A DNA stretch of 45,799 nt from an uncultured Clostridia bacterium (lineage in GTDB: Bacteria; Bacillota; Clostridia; CALYAR01), in the NCBI GenBank assembly GCA_944393585.1, contig CALYAR010000146.1, forward strand, positions 1-45,799, read 5' to 3'. The notes under the pieces were generated by a model. It was not told the origin of the DNA, did no database searches, and saw nothing but the letters and a program-made list of their open reading frames with translations. Within the stretch, counting starts at the first letter, position 1. Every line of letters starts with the position of its first letter. Both the position numbers and the translations under genes were made by a program. Below, in pieces: positions 18,192-27,761 of the stretch.

Positions 18192-18214
18192 GCAAAACAG
18201 CTTACAAACTAACT

Positions 18215-19192
18215 ATGAGCAAACAAACAAAGCTTACTGTATCAGCGTCGCCGCATATTGTCAGCCCTGTTACGACAAGCTCCATTATGTTCGACGTCAT
18301 TATCGCACTGCTGCCGGCCTGTTTTGGCGGCGTTTACTTTTTCGGATTCCGCAGCGCGGTACTGATCCTCTGCTCGGTCCTCTTTTGTGTGCTGGCCGAA
18401 GCAGTCTATAACAAACTAACCAAAAAACCGCAGACCGTCGGTGATTTAAGCGCCGTAGTGACCGGAATCCTGCTGGCGCTGAATGTACCAGTCACGCTTC
18501 CGATCTGGATGCTGGCCGTCGGCTGCCTGTTTGCTATTATCATCGTCAAGCAGCTGTTCGGCGGCTTGGGGTGCAACTTTGTCAACCCTGCTTTAGCGGG
18601 CCGGGCATTCATGCTGGCGAGCTGGGCAGGTGCGATGACCACCTTTGTCAAGCCCTTCGCCGACATCAGTCTGTTTTTCCCCGCTGCCGACACGGTTTCT
18701 ACGGCAACCCCGCTGGCAACGCTGAAGCTTGGCTCGGTTGAGGGGCTCTCGATTGTTTCCGCATTTTTCGGAAACACCGGCGGCTGCATTGGCGAGACCA
18801 GCGCACTGCTTATTTTAGCCGGCGCGGCATATTTACTGATTAAAAAAGTCATTTCCTGGCGAATCCCCGTCTGCTATCTAGCGACGTTCGCCCTTTTAAC
18901 CTTTCTGTTTGGAAAGAGTCAGTTCGATTGGAACTATACGCTTCTTTCCCTGCTGACCGGCGGCCTCTTATTCGGCGCATTCTTTATGGCGACAGATTAT
19001 ACGACTACGCCGTCCACGCCGCGCGGCAAGCTGATTTTTGGAATTGGCTGCGGCATTTTAACCTTTGTCATCCGCCGCTTCGGCGGTTATCCGGAAGGCG
19101 TTTCCTACTCCATCCTGCTGATGAATGTTGCAGCGCCGCTCATTGAGAAGGCTACGGTTCCAAAAGTATTCGGGGAGGTGCGTGCAAAATGA
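18215..19192 (+). CDS. rnfD: Rnf complex subunit D
   Basis: The ORF track starts at 17957 inside rnfC. The ATG at 18215 gives MSKQTKLTVSASPHI, the usual RnfD/NqrB N-terminus. The protein is polytopic, with the FMN attachment context FFMATDYTTTP. Confidence 0.9.
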   Translation: MSKQTKLTVSASPHIVSPVTTSSIMFDVIIALLPACFGGVYFFGFRSAVLILCSVLFCVLAEAVYNKLTKKPQTVGDLSAVVTGILLALNVPVTLPIWMLAVGCLFAIIIVKQLFGGLGCNFVNPALAGRAFMLASWAGAMTTFVKPFADISLFFPAADTVSTATPLATLKLGSVEGLSIVSAFFGNTGGCIGETSALLILAGAAYLLIKKVISWRIPVCYLATFALLTFLFGKSQFDWNYTLLSLLTGGLLFGAFFMATDYTTTPSTPRGKLIFGIGCGILTFVIRRFGGYPEGVSYSILLMNVAAPLIEKATVPKVFGEVRAK

Positions 19193-19758
19193 CAGCATTC
19201 ACAGCAGAACTAAAAAACAATTCTAAAGAAATTGTCCGGCCGGCTTTGATCCTCTTTTTGATTACCGTTATCATCGTAGGCCTTCTAGCAATTGTGAATG
19301 GTCTCACCGAAGACAAAATTGCAGAAAATAAGGTAATTGCCTACCAGAATTCGCTCAAAGAAGTCATGCCGGAAGCGGCTTCCTTTCAGCAGGTAAAAGA
19401 GGAAGAAACCCTTACGGTAGAACAGGCATTTGACGCCTCCGGCGCTTATATCGGCTCGTGCGTCCTAGTCACAACGACCGGATACGGCGGCGATCTTGAA
19501 GTCATGGTTGGCGTAGGCGCCGACGGCAAGGTAACCTCGATCGACATTCTGTCGTCCTCGGAAACCGCCGGTCTGGGAGCAAAGGCAAGCGGTGAAAGCT
19601 TCCGCGGACAGTTTGTGGGAAAAAGCGAAGCAAAACTAACGAAAGACGGCGGCGATATCGATGCAATCAGCGGCGCCACCATCACGTCGCGCGCTGTCAC
19701 CAATGCGGTTTCCGCTGCACTGGAAGCTGCTCAGTCAATCAACGGGGAGGGGAAATAG
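19189..19758 (+). CDS. rnfG: Rnf complex subunit G (FMN-binding)
   Basis: 189 aa with one N-terminal TM segment. The FMN-binding motif is IDAISGATITSRAV. There is an ATGA overlap with rnfD. Confidence 0.9.
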   Translation: MTAFTAELKNNSKEIVRPALILFLITVIIVGLLAIVNGLTEDKIAENKVIAYQNSLKEVMPEAASFQQVKEEETLTVEQAFDASGAYIGSCVLVTTTGYGGDLEVMVGVGADGKVTSIDILSSSETAGLGAKASGESFRGQFVGKSEAKLTKDGGDIDAISGATITSRAVTNAVSAALEAAQSINGEGK

Positions 19759-19761
19759 ACG

Positions 19762-20370
19762 ATGGGATTTTTCAAAGCACTGAAAGAAGGCATATTTAAA
19801 AACAATCCGACCTTTGTTCAGCTATTGGGCATGTGCTCTACACTTGCCGTTACGACAAATGTGAAAGATGCGATTGGCATGGGACTTTCTGCGACTGTGG
19901 TGTTAACGTGTTCCAACGCCGTCATTTCCCTGGTTCGAAAGCTGATTCCATCCAAAATCCGCATTGCGTCCTATGTAGTCATCATTGCAGGCTTTGTTAC
20001 AGTTATTGACCTGCTGCTGCAGGCATATCTTCCGGATTTGTCTGCTTCGCTGGGCATTTTCATTCCGCTGATCGTGGTAAACTGTATCATTTTGGCAAGA
20101 GCGGAGAGCTTTGCATCCAAAAATACCATTCTTCCTTCGATTGGAGACGGTCTGGGAATCGGCCTCGGATTTACCCTGGCCCTGCTCATCCTGGGAGCCA
20201 TCCGGGAAATTTTAGGTTCCGGTTCCATTTTGGGCATTCCCATCCTGCCGGAGAGCGTACCGGCCGTTATGATGATTCTCCCGCCCGGCGGCTTTATTGT
20301 TCTGGGGCTCTTGATTGGCCTGATCCACTACATCGGGGAAAAGAGAAAGGAGAAAAAAGCAAATGTTTAA
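19762..20370 (+). CDS. rnfE: Rnf complex subunit E
   Basis: 202 aa, [18 protein letters not shown]. It is a polytopic RnfE/NqrD-type protein. Confidence 0.9.
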   Translation: MGFFKALKEGIFKNNPTFVQLLGMCSTLAVTTNVKDAIGMGLSATVVLTCSNAVISLVRKLIPSKIRIASYVVIIAGFVTVIDLLLQAYLPDLSASLGIFIPLIVVNCIILARAESFASKNTILPSIGDGLGIGLGFTLALLILGAIREILGSGSILGIPILPESVPAVMMILPPGGFIVLGLLIGLIHYIGEKRKEKKANV

Positions 20371-20947
20371 AGAAATCATTGTTATCTCCTTATCGGCTAT
20401 TTTGGTGGAAAATTTTGTTTTGGTAAAATTTCTGGGAATCTGTCCGTTCCTGGGCGTTTCCAAAAAGACGGAGACCGCACTCGGCATGGGCATGGCAGTC
20501 ACGTTTGTCATGGCGCTGGCCTCGCTGTTTACCTACCTGCTCTATACCTATATTTTGGTTCCGCTGGACATGGAATATCTAAACACGGTAGCATTTATTC
20601 TGGTCATTGCCGTCCTGGTGCAGCTGGTGGAAATGGTATTGCAGAAAATGCTGCCGACGCTCTACAACGCGCTTGGCATTTATCTTCCCCTGATTACGAC
20701 GAACTGTGCCGTCCTGGGGGTTGCCCTTTTAAACGTCCAGGAAGGGTATAATCTGCTGTATTCGGTTGTGTTCGGAATTGCCGCGGCGCTGGGATTTACG
20801 CTTGCGATTGTGCTGTTTGCAGGCGTACGGGAAAAGCTCGCCATGACGGCAAAAATCTCCAAGCACATGGAGGGCTTCCCCATCGCCCTCGTCACTGCCG
20901 GCTTGATTGCATTGGCGTTTATGGGCTTTTCCGGCTTTCAGTTTTAA
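20363..20947 (+). CDS. rnfA: Rnf complex subunit A
   Basis: 194 aa, [19 protein letters not shown]. It is an RnfA/NqrE-type protein. Confidence 0.9.
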   Translation: MFKEIIVISLSAILVENFVLVKFLGICPFLGVSKKTETALGMGMAVTFVMALASLFTYLLYTYILVPLDMEYLNTVAFILVIAVLVQLVEMVLQKMLPTLYNALGIYLPLITTNCAVLGVALLNVQEGYNLLYSVVFGIAAALGFTLAIVLFAGVREKLAMTAKISKHMEGFPIALVTAGLIALAFMGFSGFQF

Positions 20948-20959
20948 GGAGGGGATACG

Positions 20960-21757
20960 ATGTTAGCAAATGTACTGATCAGCGTCGGAATTCTCGGCGC
21001 ATTTGCCCTGGTGTTTGGAGCACTGCTTGGGGCGGCATCCATTATTTTTCAAGTAAAAAAAGATGCGCGTATCTCTCAAATTGAGGAAATTCTCCCGCAG
21101 GCTAACTGCGGCGGCTGCGGCTATGCCGGCTGCAGCGCGTTTGCCGAGGCTGTCGTGCGCGGAGAAGCAAAGCCCAACGGCTGTTCCGTTTCCAACGATG
21201 CAACTTACCAGAAAATCGGAGAGATTATGGGAATATCGGTAGAGAAACGGCGGCCCATGACCGCTCGGGTTATGTGCGCAGGCGACTGTCACAGCGCGCC
21301 GGTTCGCTATGATTATTTTGGGCCAAAGAGCTGCTATCACGCAAACCTGCTGGTCGGCGGCCCCAAAATGTGCAAATACGGCTGCCTGGGGCTCGGTTCC
21401 TGTGTTGCCGCCTGTAAGTTCGGCGCTTTGTCCATTGTAGACGGGATTGCCCGCGTCGATCCGGAAAAATGTACGGCCTGCGGAAGCTGCGTTGCCAACT
21501 GCCCGCGCGGTTTGATTCAGCTGGTTCCGAAAAATGCAAAATATATCCCCCTTTGCTCGTCAAAAGACAAAGGCCCTGCGGCCAACAAGGCCTGCAGTGT
21601 AGGCTGTATCGGATGCAAACTGTGCGAAAAGGTATGTCCGAAAAATGCCATTGCCGTCCGTGACAACCTCGCGGTCATTGATTATGACAAGTGCGTTTCA
21701 TGCGGGGTCTGCGCAACCAAATGCCCCCGCCACATCATCCGCAAATTTGGAAAATAA
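20960..21757 (+). CDS. rnfB: Rnf complex subunit B (polyferredoxin type)
   Basis: 265 aa with an N-terminal TM segment. It has CGGCGYAGCSAFAEA plus several CxxCxxCxxxCP 4Fe-4S motifs. Confidence 0.9.
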   Translation: MLANVLISVGILGAFALVFGALLGAASIIFQVKKDARISQIEEILPQANCGGCGYAGCSAFAEAVVRGEAKPNGCSVSNDATYQKIGEIMGISVEKRRPMTARVMCAGDCHSAPVRYDYFGPKSCYHANLLVGGPKMCKYGCLGLGSCVAACKFGALSIVDGIARVDPEKCTACGSCVANCPRGLIQLVPKNAKYIPLCSSKDKGPAANKACSVGCIGCKLCEKVCPKNAIAVRDNLAVIDYDKCVSCGVCATKCPRHIIRKFGK

Positions 21758-21786
21758 AAAAGACTCCGCCGGGCGGAGCCTTTGCA

Positions 21787-21810
21787 CTCTCGCCGCCAGG
21801 GCGGCGAGAG
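21787..21810 (+). terminator. GC-rich hairpin after rnfB
   Basis: CTCTCGCCGC-CAGG-GCGGCGAGAG is a perfect 10-bp stem, followed by only a partial T tract (TGTTCT). Confidence 0.5.
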
Positions 21811-21846
21811 TGTTCTGCGCTTTGCCAAGCGCAAAACCTTTGCATA

Positions 21847-21876
21847 CAAAAAGCGGCGACTCCAATCGCCGCTTTT
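21847..21876. terminator. Bidirectional Rho-independent terminator between rnfB and the HAD gene
   Basis: AAAAAGCGGCGA-CTCCAA-TCGCCGCTTTTT. The A and T runs on both sides suit the convergent genes. Confidence 0.7.
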
Positions 21877-21890
21877 TCATCCCATTTTAT

Positions 21891-22853
21891 TTATTGACCG
21901 CTCTGCAATATCCGATACAGATCGGGATTGGTATAGTCTTCCACTATAATGTGAACTCCAAGCTTCTTTTGAAGCTCCCTCTGGCGCTGCGCATCCGCAT
22001 CCAGTCTGCCCAGCGTCAGCGCACCTAACTGGACGCCGGCCGCGATTTCGCTCCGGCCGTCGCCGACTACTAAAATCTGCCTGCCTTCTATGCCAAGTTT
22101 TTCTGCCATCCGCTTCATGATGACGTCCTTTGGCAGCTTCTCGCTCCAGGACGAGCCGATCATTTCCTCTACCAGTTTTCCCGGCCCGACCGGATACCCC
22201 AGCGTCTCCACTTCCTCCATCATCCCGCGGCCCTGCTCTACCACAGCGCCGGTTACAAAATAATTCACAACTCCCTGCTCTCTGAGATAGCGGAGAAAGT
22301 CTATGCTTCCCCGGATCCGGAACCGCTCCGGCTCCTTCTTTGCCAGCTCCAGATTACGGTCACGGCAATAGGCGTTGAGCACCTTTTCATAAAAGCGGAA
22401 CAGCCGCGGCGTGTGCACGCTTAAGAATTCTTTCACCGAGTCCGGCTCCGCAAAAGAATCCAAATGTTCCTCTCCGGCGTAAATCTTCTGCACCTTCAGC
22501 GTATTTACCGCAGGATCGCAGGGAATTTGGACCGTCTGCTCTTCCATTGCGCGGCGAAGCGCCCACTCCATTTGTGTCAGCGCCGATAAACCAGCTGATT
22601 CCACGCAAAAGGCATCGGTTTCCGGAAGAGGGCGGCTCCCCGCCTGCGCAGCAAGCCGCCGGACTGCTTCATCGCTGTCGTATCCGTCATAAACGCCGTG
22701 TTCAATGACCTCATGCAGGACAATACTCATGACAGGCGGCCAGTCCCGAATACGCGAATGCGTACCGTCGATATCGTGAAAGGCATACGCAATCGGGCGG
22801 GGCCCAAACTCCCTCTGTACAATGGCACAGGGTATATAAACTGCTTTTATCAT
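21891..22853 (-). CDS. HAD-superfamily hydrolase with a large cap insertion
   Basis: 320 aa. Motif I is FHDIDGTHS (DxDGT), motif II is YFVTGA, and motif IV is VVGDGRSE. About 190 aa lie between motifs I and II. Confidence 0.75.
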   Translation of the reverse strand: MIKAVYIPCAIVQREFGPRPIAYAFHDIDGTHSRIRDWPPVMSIVLHEVIEHGVYDGYDSDEAVRRLAAQAGSRPLPETDAFCVESAGLSALTQMEWALRRAMEEQTVQIPCDPAVNTLKVQKIYAGEEHLDSFAEPDSVKEFLSVHTPRLFRFYEKVLNAYCRDRNLELAKKEPERFRIRGSIDFLRYLREQGVVNYFVTGAVVEQGRGMMEEVETLGYPVGPGKLVEEMIGSSWSEKLPKDVIMKRMAEKLGIEGRQILVVGDGRSEIAAGVQLGALTLGRLDADAQRQRELQKKLGVHIIVEDYTNPDLYRILQSGQ

Positions 22854-22871
22854 TTTACTGCGCTTTCCAAA

Positions 22872-23912
22872 TTAGAATTGCCAATGTTCCGGTCCCGGAT
22901 CTGAACAAAGGCCGATTAAATCGTCCAGATCTGCCGTCGCCAGACGGATCACGGAATCGCTTGCACTGTAATAGATCCGCACCTGGTTTCCTTCGTCCAG
23001 CAGCATAGCGCAGGGGAACAGCGCATTGCGGCGGAAGCCAAACTCTGTCTCATAGTATCCTTCCGGTACCATAAGAGGCAGACGGGACATTCCCACTACG
23101 CGCCAGGGTTCTTCCAAATCCAGAAGCGCAACGCCGATGGTGTAGCGTTTCTGCCATTTATCCTCCCAGCCGTTTTTCCCGCGCGTCGGATCGACATCCA
23201 CTGCATGGAAAATCATCAGCCAGCCTTTGTCGGTCTTAATGGGCGGCGCGCCCGGACCGATCTTGTCGTTGCAGAAGGGAACGTCCTCGGTTCCAAGCAC
23301 CAGTTTTGGATTCCCCCAGTAGACCAGATCCGGAGAATCGGAAAGCCAGATATCGAACTTGTGATAGGGACCGGTGCGGGAATAAATCGGCATCGGCCGC
23401 TCCAGGCGCACATAATGGCCGTTGATTTTTTCCGGGAACAGCGCCATATTCCGGTTATCCGGAAGCGCCAGCGATTTAATATCAAATGTCTTAAAGTCTT
23501 TCGTTACCATAATACCGCCGCGGATACCATGCACTGTGTCGACTGCAAAGCAGATATAGAATTCATCGTCGATGACGGTAACACGCGGATCCGATACACG
23601 GATGACCTCCTCGTTTTCCCAGGCAAAGCAGGGCTCCGGCTCTACGGTCCAATGGATGCCGTCCTTACTTTTGGCAAGCCCCAGATTGATCCGGTTCGAT
23701 GCCAATCCCATGGAATTGTTGCAGGGCACCAGCTTTTCCTCTTCGAAATTCCCAATATCGTTGCGGAACAGCATATAGTACTCTCCCTTGTGCTTGACGA
23801 CGCCCGCGTTGAACGTAAGCGCAGAAGGATAAGGCACATCCTTATAACTTAAAAGGATGTCAGGATAGCGCGTGATGACCGGGCTTGTTTTAAAATATTT
23901 TTCTTCCAGCAT
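22872..23912 (-). CDS. GH130-family glycoside (beta-mannoside) phosphorylase
   Basis: 346 aa. Five-bladed beta-propeller family patterns include FNAGVVKHKGEYYMLFR, EDPRV-like SDPRVTVIDDEFYICF, NRNMALFPEKINGHYVRLERP and GAPPIKTDKGWLMIFHAV. Confidence 0.8.
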   Translation of the reverse strand: MLEEKYFKTSPVITRYPDILLSYKDVPYPSALTFNAGVVKHKGEYYMLFRNDIGNFEEEKLVPCNNSMGLASNRINLGLAKSKDGIHWTVEPEPCFAWENEEVIRVSDPRVTVIDDEFYICFAVDTVHGIRGGIMVTKDFKTFDIKSLALPDNRNMALFPEKINGHYVRLERPMPIYSRTGPYHKFDIWLSDSPDLVYWGNPKLVLGTEDVPFCNDKIGPGAPPIKTDKGWLMIFHAVDVDPTRGKNGWEDKWQKRYTIGVALLDLEEPWRVVGMSRLPLMVPEGYYETEFGFRRNALFPCAMLLDEGNQVRIYYSASDSVIRLATADLDDLIGLCSDPGPEHWQF

Positions 23913-23952
23913 AAATGATTCTTCCTTTCCTGTATTTTTTTCTTTTGGCTTT

Positions 23953-23980
23953 ATTATAGCCGATTCTATCGATCGTTCAA
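23953..23980 (-). promoter_or_regulatory. Candidate promoter of the GH130-HAD operon
   Basis: On the minus strand: TTGAAC (23980-23975), 16 nt, TATAAT (23958-23953). Confidence 0.5.
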
Positions 23981-24041
23981 GTTCAGTTCCACGGAAAAAA
24001 TATAAAAAATCACGGTTATATCATTGATTATTAAAATAGAA

Positions 24042-24070
24042 TTGCAAAACAGCCGCCGCCCTGTTACAAT
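24042..24070 (+). promoter_or_regulatory. Candidate promoter of the AraC-family gene
   Basis: TTGCAA (24042-24047), 17 nt, TACAAT (24065-24070). A GGAGGAGG RBS follows. Confidence 0.55.
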
Positions 24071-24091
24071 AAGCACAGGAGGAGGGGCAAA

Positions 24092-24979
24092 ATGCAGCAG
24101 AAAATCGATTTGAAGGAACCGTTGCAGGGAGAAATGTTTTCATCTGATTTTCCGTTCCACATCGCAAGACGGGTGCTGGATGAAGCCTATGACCGGAAAA
24201 GCACGTTCCATTGGCATAAATATCTGGAACTGGAGGTCATTACAGGAGGCTGCGGTGTGCACTGCTTCAACAATGCGACCTATCGGCTGGAACGGGGAAG
24301 CGCCTATCTGGTTACGCCGCTCGATTTCCACAAAATCACATCAGCAGACGGCTCTGCTTTATCTCTTGTCAATATTAAATTCGGTCATGAACTTCCCGAT
24401 TCCTTTGTGATGGATCAAATCAGCGCAACTCCTACTCCGATTGCGGCTCAATTTGATTCGGAGGATTTTAAAGAATTTGAATTAGGGCTTTGCGCTCTGC
24501 TTTTTGAATACCAGTCACCCTCACCCGACAGTAAAGCAATGATTCGGGCTGTATTAAACCGGCTTTGCCTTTTGCTGCTGCGCAGAGCAAAAAAGCACAG
24601 GGGAAGTCTGGCGCTCTCCCCGTCCCATCAGGCGGAGGGCTCTGTCGTTCAGAAAATTGTGACCGATTTACAATACAGGTTTCGTTCGAAAATATCGCTT
24701 TCCGAACTGGCGGATCAATATCACTTTACACCCAATTATCTGGGCGAGCTCTTTTCGCGGACGATGGGAATTTCCTTTCACTCCTATCTGACGCGCCTGC
24801 GTCTGGACTATGCTTTTCGCCTGCTCACCCAAACCGGACTCAAAATTCACCAGATCAGCGCGGAATCCGGATTTCGTTCAGACTCCTACTTCATATCGGT
24901 ATTTCAAAAAGCCTATGGCACAACGCCCGCCCAGTATCGGAGGCAGATGGAGAATTCCTCTCATTCCGGCAGACCTTGA
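24092..24979 (+). CDS. AraC-family transcriptional regulator (cupin sensor plus two HTH)
   Basis: 295 aa. The N-terminal cupin-like region is HWHKYLELEVITGG. The C-terminal AraC signature is ISAESGFRSDSYFISVFQKAYGTTPAQYR. It is divergent from the GH130 operon. Confidence 0.9.
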   Translation: MQQKIDLKEPLQGEMFSSDFPFHIARRVLDEAYDRKSTFHWHKYLELEVITGGCGVHCFNNATYRLERGSAYLVTPLDFHKITSADGSALSLVNIKFGHELPDSFVMDQISATPTPIAAQFDSEDFKEFELGLCALLFEYQSPSPDSKAMIRAVLNRLCLLLLRRAKKHRGSLALSPSHQAEGSVVQKIVTDLQYRFRSKISLSELADQYHFTPNYLGELFSRTMGISFHSYLTRLRLDYAFRLLTQTGLKIHQISAESGFRSDSYFISVFQKAYGTTPAQYRRQMENSSHSGRP

Positions 24980-25183
24980 ATCGGGCCCGTTTCGCTTTCA
25001 ATCGACTCATATTTTATCCCGCCGATTTCGCTGCATGAAAATGCACCGGGCGACAGCAAATCCGCTTTTTGCTGAATTTCGAATTTTAGAAGGACCCAAA
25101 TGGAGAGCCCCGTTTTGTGAAATAACACAGAGCCTTTTATCCTTATGGCAGTGTAAACTTTTGTTAAGAGAGAAGGAGTGGCA

Positions 25184-25740
25184 ATGAAACTGTTGTTTTT
25201 GATCGGAAATACCTCAGTTGGAAAATGACCGTAGGACAGTAGCTGATGAAAATCACGAACCTGCGCCTGTTTCATAACCATATGACTATTGAGCCAGTCA
25301 TCGAAATATTCGGCGCATACAACAGCAAAGTAAGTGACCGGTTACGGGACGTGATCTTTGAAGAATTCGCTTCTTCCGGCAACTATGGATTGATTTTCAC
25401 TTTCCTGTGGGCCTTTGACCAGCAGGAGGATTGGGACTATGTGGAACATGTAAAGGAAATCTTCCGAAAGCAAAACGAAAACACGGAGTTTTATTATGCA
25501 GAACTTGTGGCATCCCAGCAAATCCGCCTGCAAAGGAATGTGACAGAAAACCGGCTGAGGCATAAAGCCTCGAAACGGAATGTTGCCGCCTCAAATCAGC
25601 GGTTGATCTGCGATGATGAGCGGTACCGTATGGAAAGCTACGACGGTGAAATCCCGTTTGAAAACTATCTGAAAATTGATAACTCCAATTTGCCGCCGGA
25701 AGATGCGGCGCGGCGGATCAGGGACTGTTTTCAGCTGTAA
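25184..25740 (+). pseudogene. Disrupted P-loop (shikimate-kinase-like AAA) kinase gene
   Basis: AAGGAG RBS, then ATG 25184 gives MKLLFLIGNTSVGK followed by TGA (25226-25228). One extra A in the GGAAAATG run would restore GK-MTVGQ, but that frame then hits TAG (25240-25242). The remaining 164-aa ORF (25246-25740) continues LMKITNLRLFHNHMTIEPV, typical of this kinase family, but lacks its Walker A. Confidence 0.65.
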
Positions 25741-25841
25741 TTTTTTATTTGGTAAAAAGGCTCTTTCTGGATTGTACCATATTTTTAAAAGTCCTTTTTA
25801 ATAAAAAAAGCCTGTATTTCTGTATTTATTTCAGCGGATAC

Positions 25842-25870
25842 TTGAGGGTTTTCTCGGACAATGCTATAAT
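25842..25870 (+). promoter_or_regulatory. Candidate sigmaA promoter of gltX
   Basis: TTGAGG (25842-25847), 17 nt, TGC-TATAAT (extended -10, 25865-25870). The leader is about 30 nt. Confidence 0.55.
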
Positions 25871-25904
25871 AAATAGCAAAAGTACTTTGGAAAGGAAGTT
25901 GTAT

Positions 25905-27560
25905 ATGAGTAAGGCAGTCGCTGATTTGATATATCCGGATTTAACAAAAAATTATGCCGATTATGAAGCGCTATATCCCATTCGGACCGAAGACGATTCC
26001 GTTTATACCACCCGCTTCTCACCCAGCCCCACCGGGTTTATGCACATTGGAGGGCTGTACGCAGCCTTGATTAACCGCATCTTGGCGAAAAGGAGCGGCG
26101 GAACGTTTTATCTGAGAATTGAGGACACCGATCAGAAAAGGCAGGTAGAAGGCGGCGTATCCGAGATCATCAGCACCTTAAACGAATTTGAAATCCAGTT
26201 TGACGAAGGCCCGGCCAACGAAACCGAGGATTACGGAAACTACGGGCCGTACCGTCAGTCGCGGCGGGGTGAAATCTATCAGGCGTTTGCAAAGCATCTT
26301 GTGGAAGAAGATAAAGCGTATGTCTGTTTTTGCACGGAAGAGGATATCGCGGAAATTCGAAAGAAACAGGAGGAAGATAACTGCAATTTTTTGGGATACT
26401 ATGGAAAATGGGCCAGGTGCAGGAATCTTCCGGAAGAAGAGGTGATTGCGCGGCTGAAGCGGGGAGAGGAATTTATCATCCGCCTGAAGTCTGAGGGAAA
26501 AGACGGCCAAACGCGGGAATTTTACGATGAAATCAGAGGGCCGCTCACGATGCCGGAAAACATTATCGATACGGTTTTAATCAAACGCGACGGCCTGCCC
26601 ACGTATCATTTTGCTCATGCCGTCGACGACCATCTGATGCGCACGACCGATGTGATCCGCGCTGATGAGTGGATTTCGTCCCTGCCGATCCATGTGCAGC
26701 TGTTTGAAACACTGGGCTTTCCGGTGCCCCGGTACAGCCATTTGAGCCCGATCATGAAAATGGACGGGAATTCAAAGAGAAAGCTGAGCAAGCGCAAAGA
26801 TCCCGAGGCGCGGGTTCATCACTATATGGAGCTGGGCTATCCCGTCAAAGCCGTGATTGATTATCTGCTCACGATTGCAAGTTCGGAATTTGAGGACTGG
26901 CGCAAGGAACATTCGGACGAGGACATCACCCAATTCCCCATTGACGTCAAGAAAACGGGAGTAGCCGGCGCCCTATTCGATCCGGACAAGCTGGACAACA
27001 TCGCTAAAAACTGCGTCGGCGCCATGAGCGGCGAGGAAATTTTCGAAACCGTATCGCAGTGGGCGGCTCAATTTGACGAAAAGCTGAACCAATATATCAG
27101 CGCGAATGGGGAGCGGTTCCAAAATTCCATTCCGGTCTGGCACGAGAGACGGCTGGATGTGAGAAGATGGTCGGATCTGATGAATTTTTATCCCTATCTC
27201 TATGACAGCGAATTTGACAACTGCAGCTGTGAGATCCCGGAAAAGATTCAAAACAACCGCGGCGACGTAATCTCCATTTTAACGGATTACCTTGCCTCGT
27301 ATGATTCCGCAGACGATTCCGACGTATGGTTTTCCAAGATTAAAGTCATTGCAGAAAAATACAATTATGCGGTCAAAATGGGCAAATACAAAAAGAATCC
27401 GGAGGATTACCGCGGCTCGATTGTCGATGTTGCGTCTTATATCCGGTTTGCAATCACCAGCCATTTTGATACGCCGGATCTGCACCAGATCATTTCCGTG
27501 ATCGGAGCGGAAGAGAGCATAGAGAGGGTAAGCCGCTTCCTGGAAAAGCTCAAAGGATAA
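25905..27560 (+). CDS. gltX: Glutamate--tRNA ligase (long form)
   Basis: The ORF track starts at 25749. The ATG at 25905, after an AAAGGAAG RBS, gives 551 aa. It has the class I HIGH region TRFSPSPTGFMHIGG and the KMSKS variant KLSKRK. Confidence 0.9.
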   Translation: MSKAVADLIYPDLTKNYADYEALYPIRTEDDSVYTTRFSPSPTGFMHIGGLYAALINRILAKRSGGTFYLRIEDTDQKRQVEGGVSEIISTLNEFEIQFDEGPANETEDYGNYGPYRQSRRGEIYQAFAKHLVEEDKAYVCFCTEEDIAEIRKKQEEDNCNFLGYYGKWARCRNLPEEEVIARLKRGEEFIIRLKSEGKDGQTREFYDEIRGPLTMPENIIDTVLIKRDGLPTYHFAHAVDDHLMRTTDVIRADEWISSLPIHVQLFETLGFPVPRYSHLSPIMKMDGNSKRKLSKRKDPEARVHHYMELGYPVKAVIDYLLTIASSEFEDWRKEHSDEDITQFPIDVKKTGVAGALFDPDKLDNIAKNCVGAMSGEEIFETVSQWAAQFDEKLNQYISANGERFQNSIPVWHERRLDVRRWSDLMNFYPYLYDSEFDNCSCEIPEKIQNNRGDVISILTDYLASYDSADDSDVWFSKIKVIAEKYNYAVKMGKYKKNPEDYRGSIVDVASYIRFAITSHFDTPDLHQIISVIGAEESIERVSRFLEKLKG

Positions 27561-27654
27561 GGCAGGGAAAAGACCCCTTCACGGAATATGATACTTGCAA
27601 AACGAAAATAATAAATAATACCGGCCCCAATGGGCAAAGCAAGGCCCTTCGGCG

Positions 27655-27683
27655 TTGACATGCCAATCAGAATGGGGTATACT
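27655..27683 (+). promoter_or_regulatory. Candidate sigmaA promoter of metG
   Basis: TTGACA (27655-27660), 17 nt, TATACT (27678-27683). Confidence 0.55.
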
Positions 27684-27761
27684 AAAACACAAACACTTTG
27701 AAGTTACGATACATGAGAGGAGGTTGCGGTTTTCTTTCCAGCAGAAGAAAACCGGACAGTC

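Noticed and set aside
17957-18214. N-terminal extension of the rnfD ORF (the track starts at 17957)
   Set aside because: The extension lies inside rnfC in another frame and translates to Arg/Pro-rich sequence. The canonical RnfD N-terminus begins at ATG 18215. The extensions of gltX (25749-25904), the response regulator (12582-12707), sufC (5667-5705) and DUF1385 (4437-4466) were rejected on similar grounds.
21762-21876. Four consecutive GC-rich hairpins between rnfB and the HAD gene as a REP-like repeat element
   Set aside because: I saw no second copy of any of these hairpin sequences elsewhere in the window. The arrangement is adequately explained as stacked terminators in a convergent intergenic region.
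23205-23852. 215-aa plus-strand ORF antisense to the GH130 gene
   Set aside because: It is a shadow ORF of a well-supported gene, with Arg-rich, motif-free translation. The same reasoning applies to 14655-15236 (antisense to pstC), 16848-17408 (antisense to rnfC) and 27579-28046 (antisense to metG).
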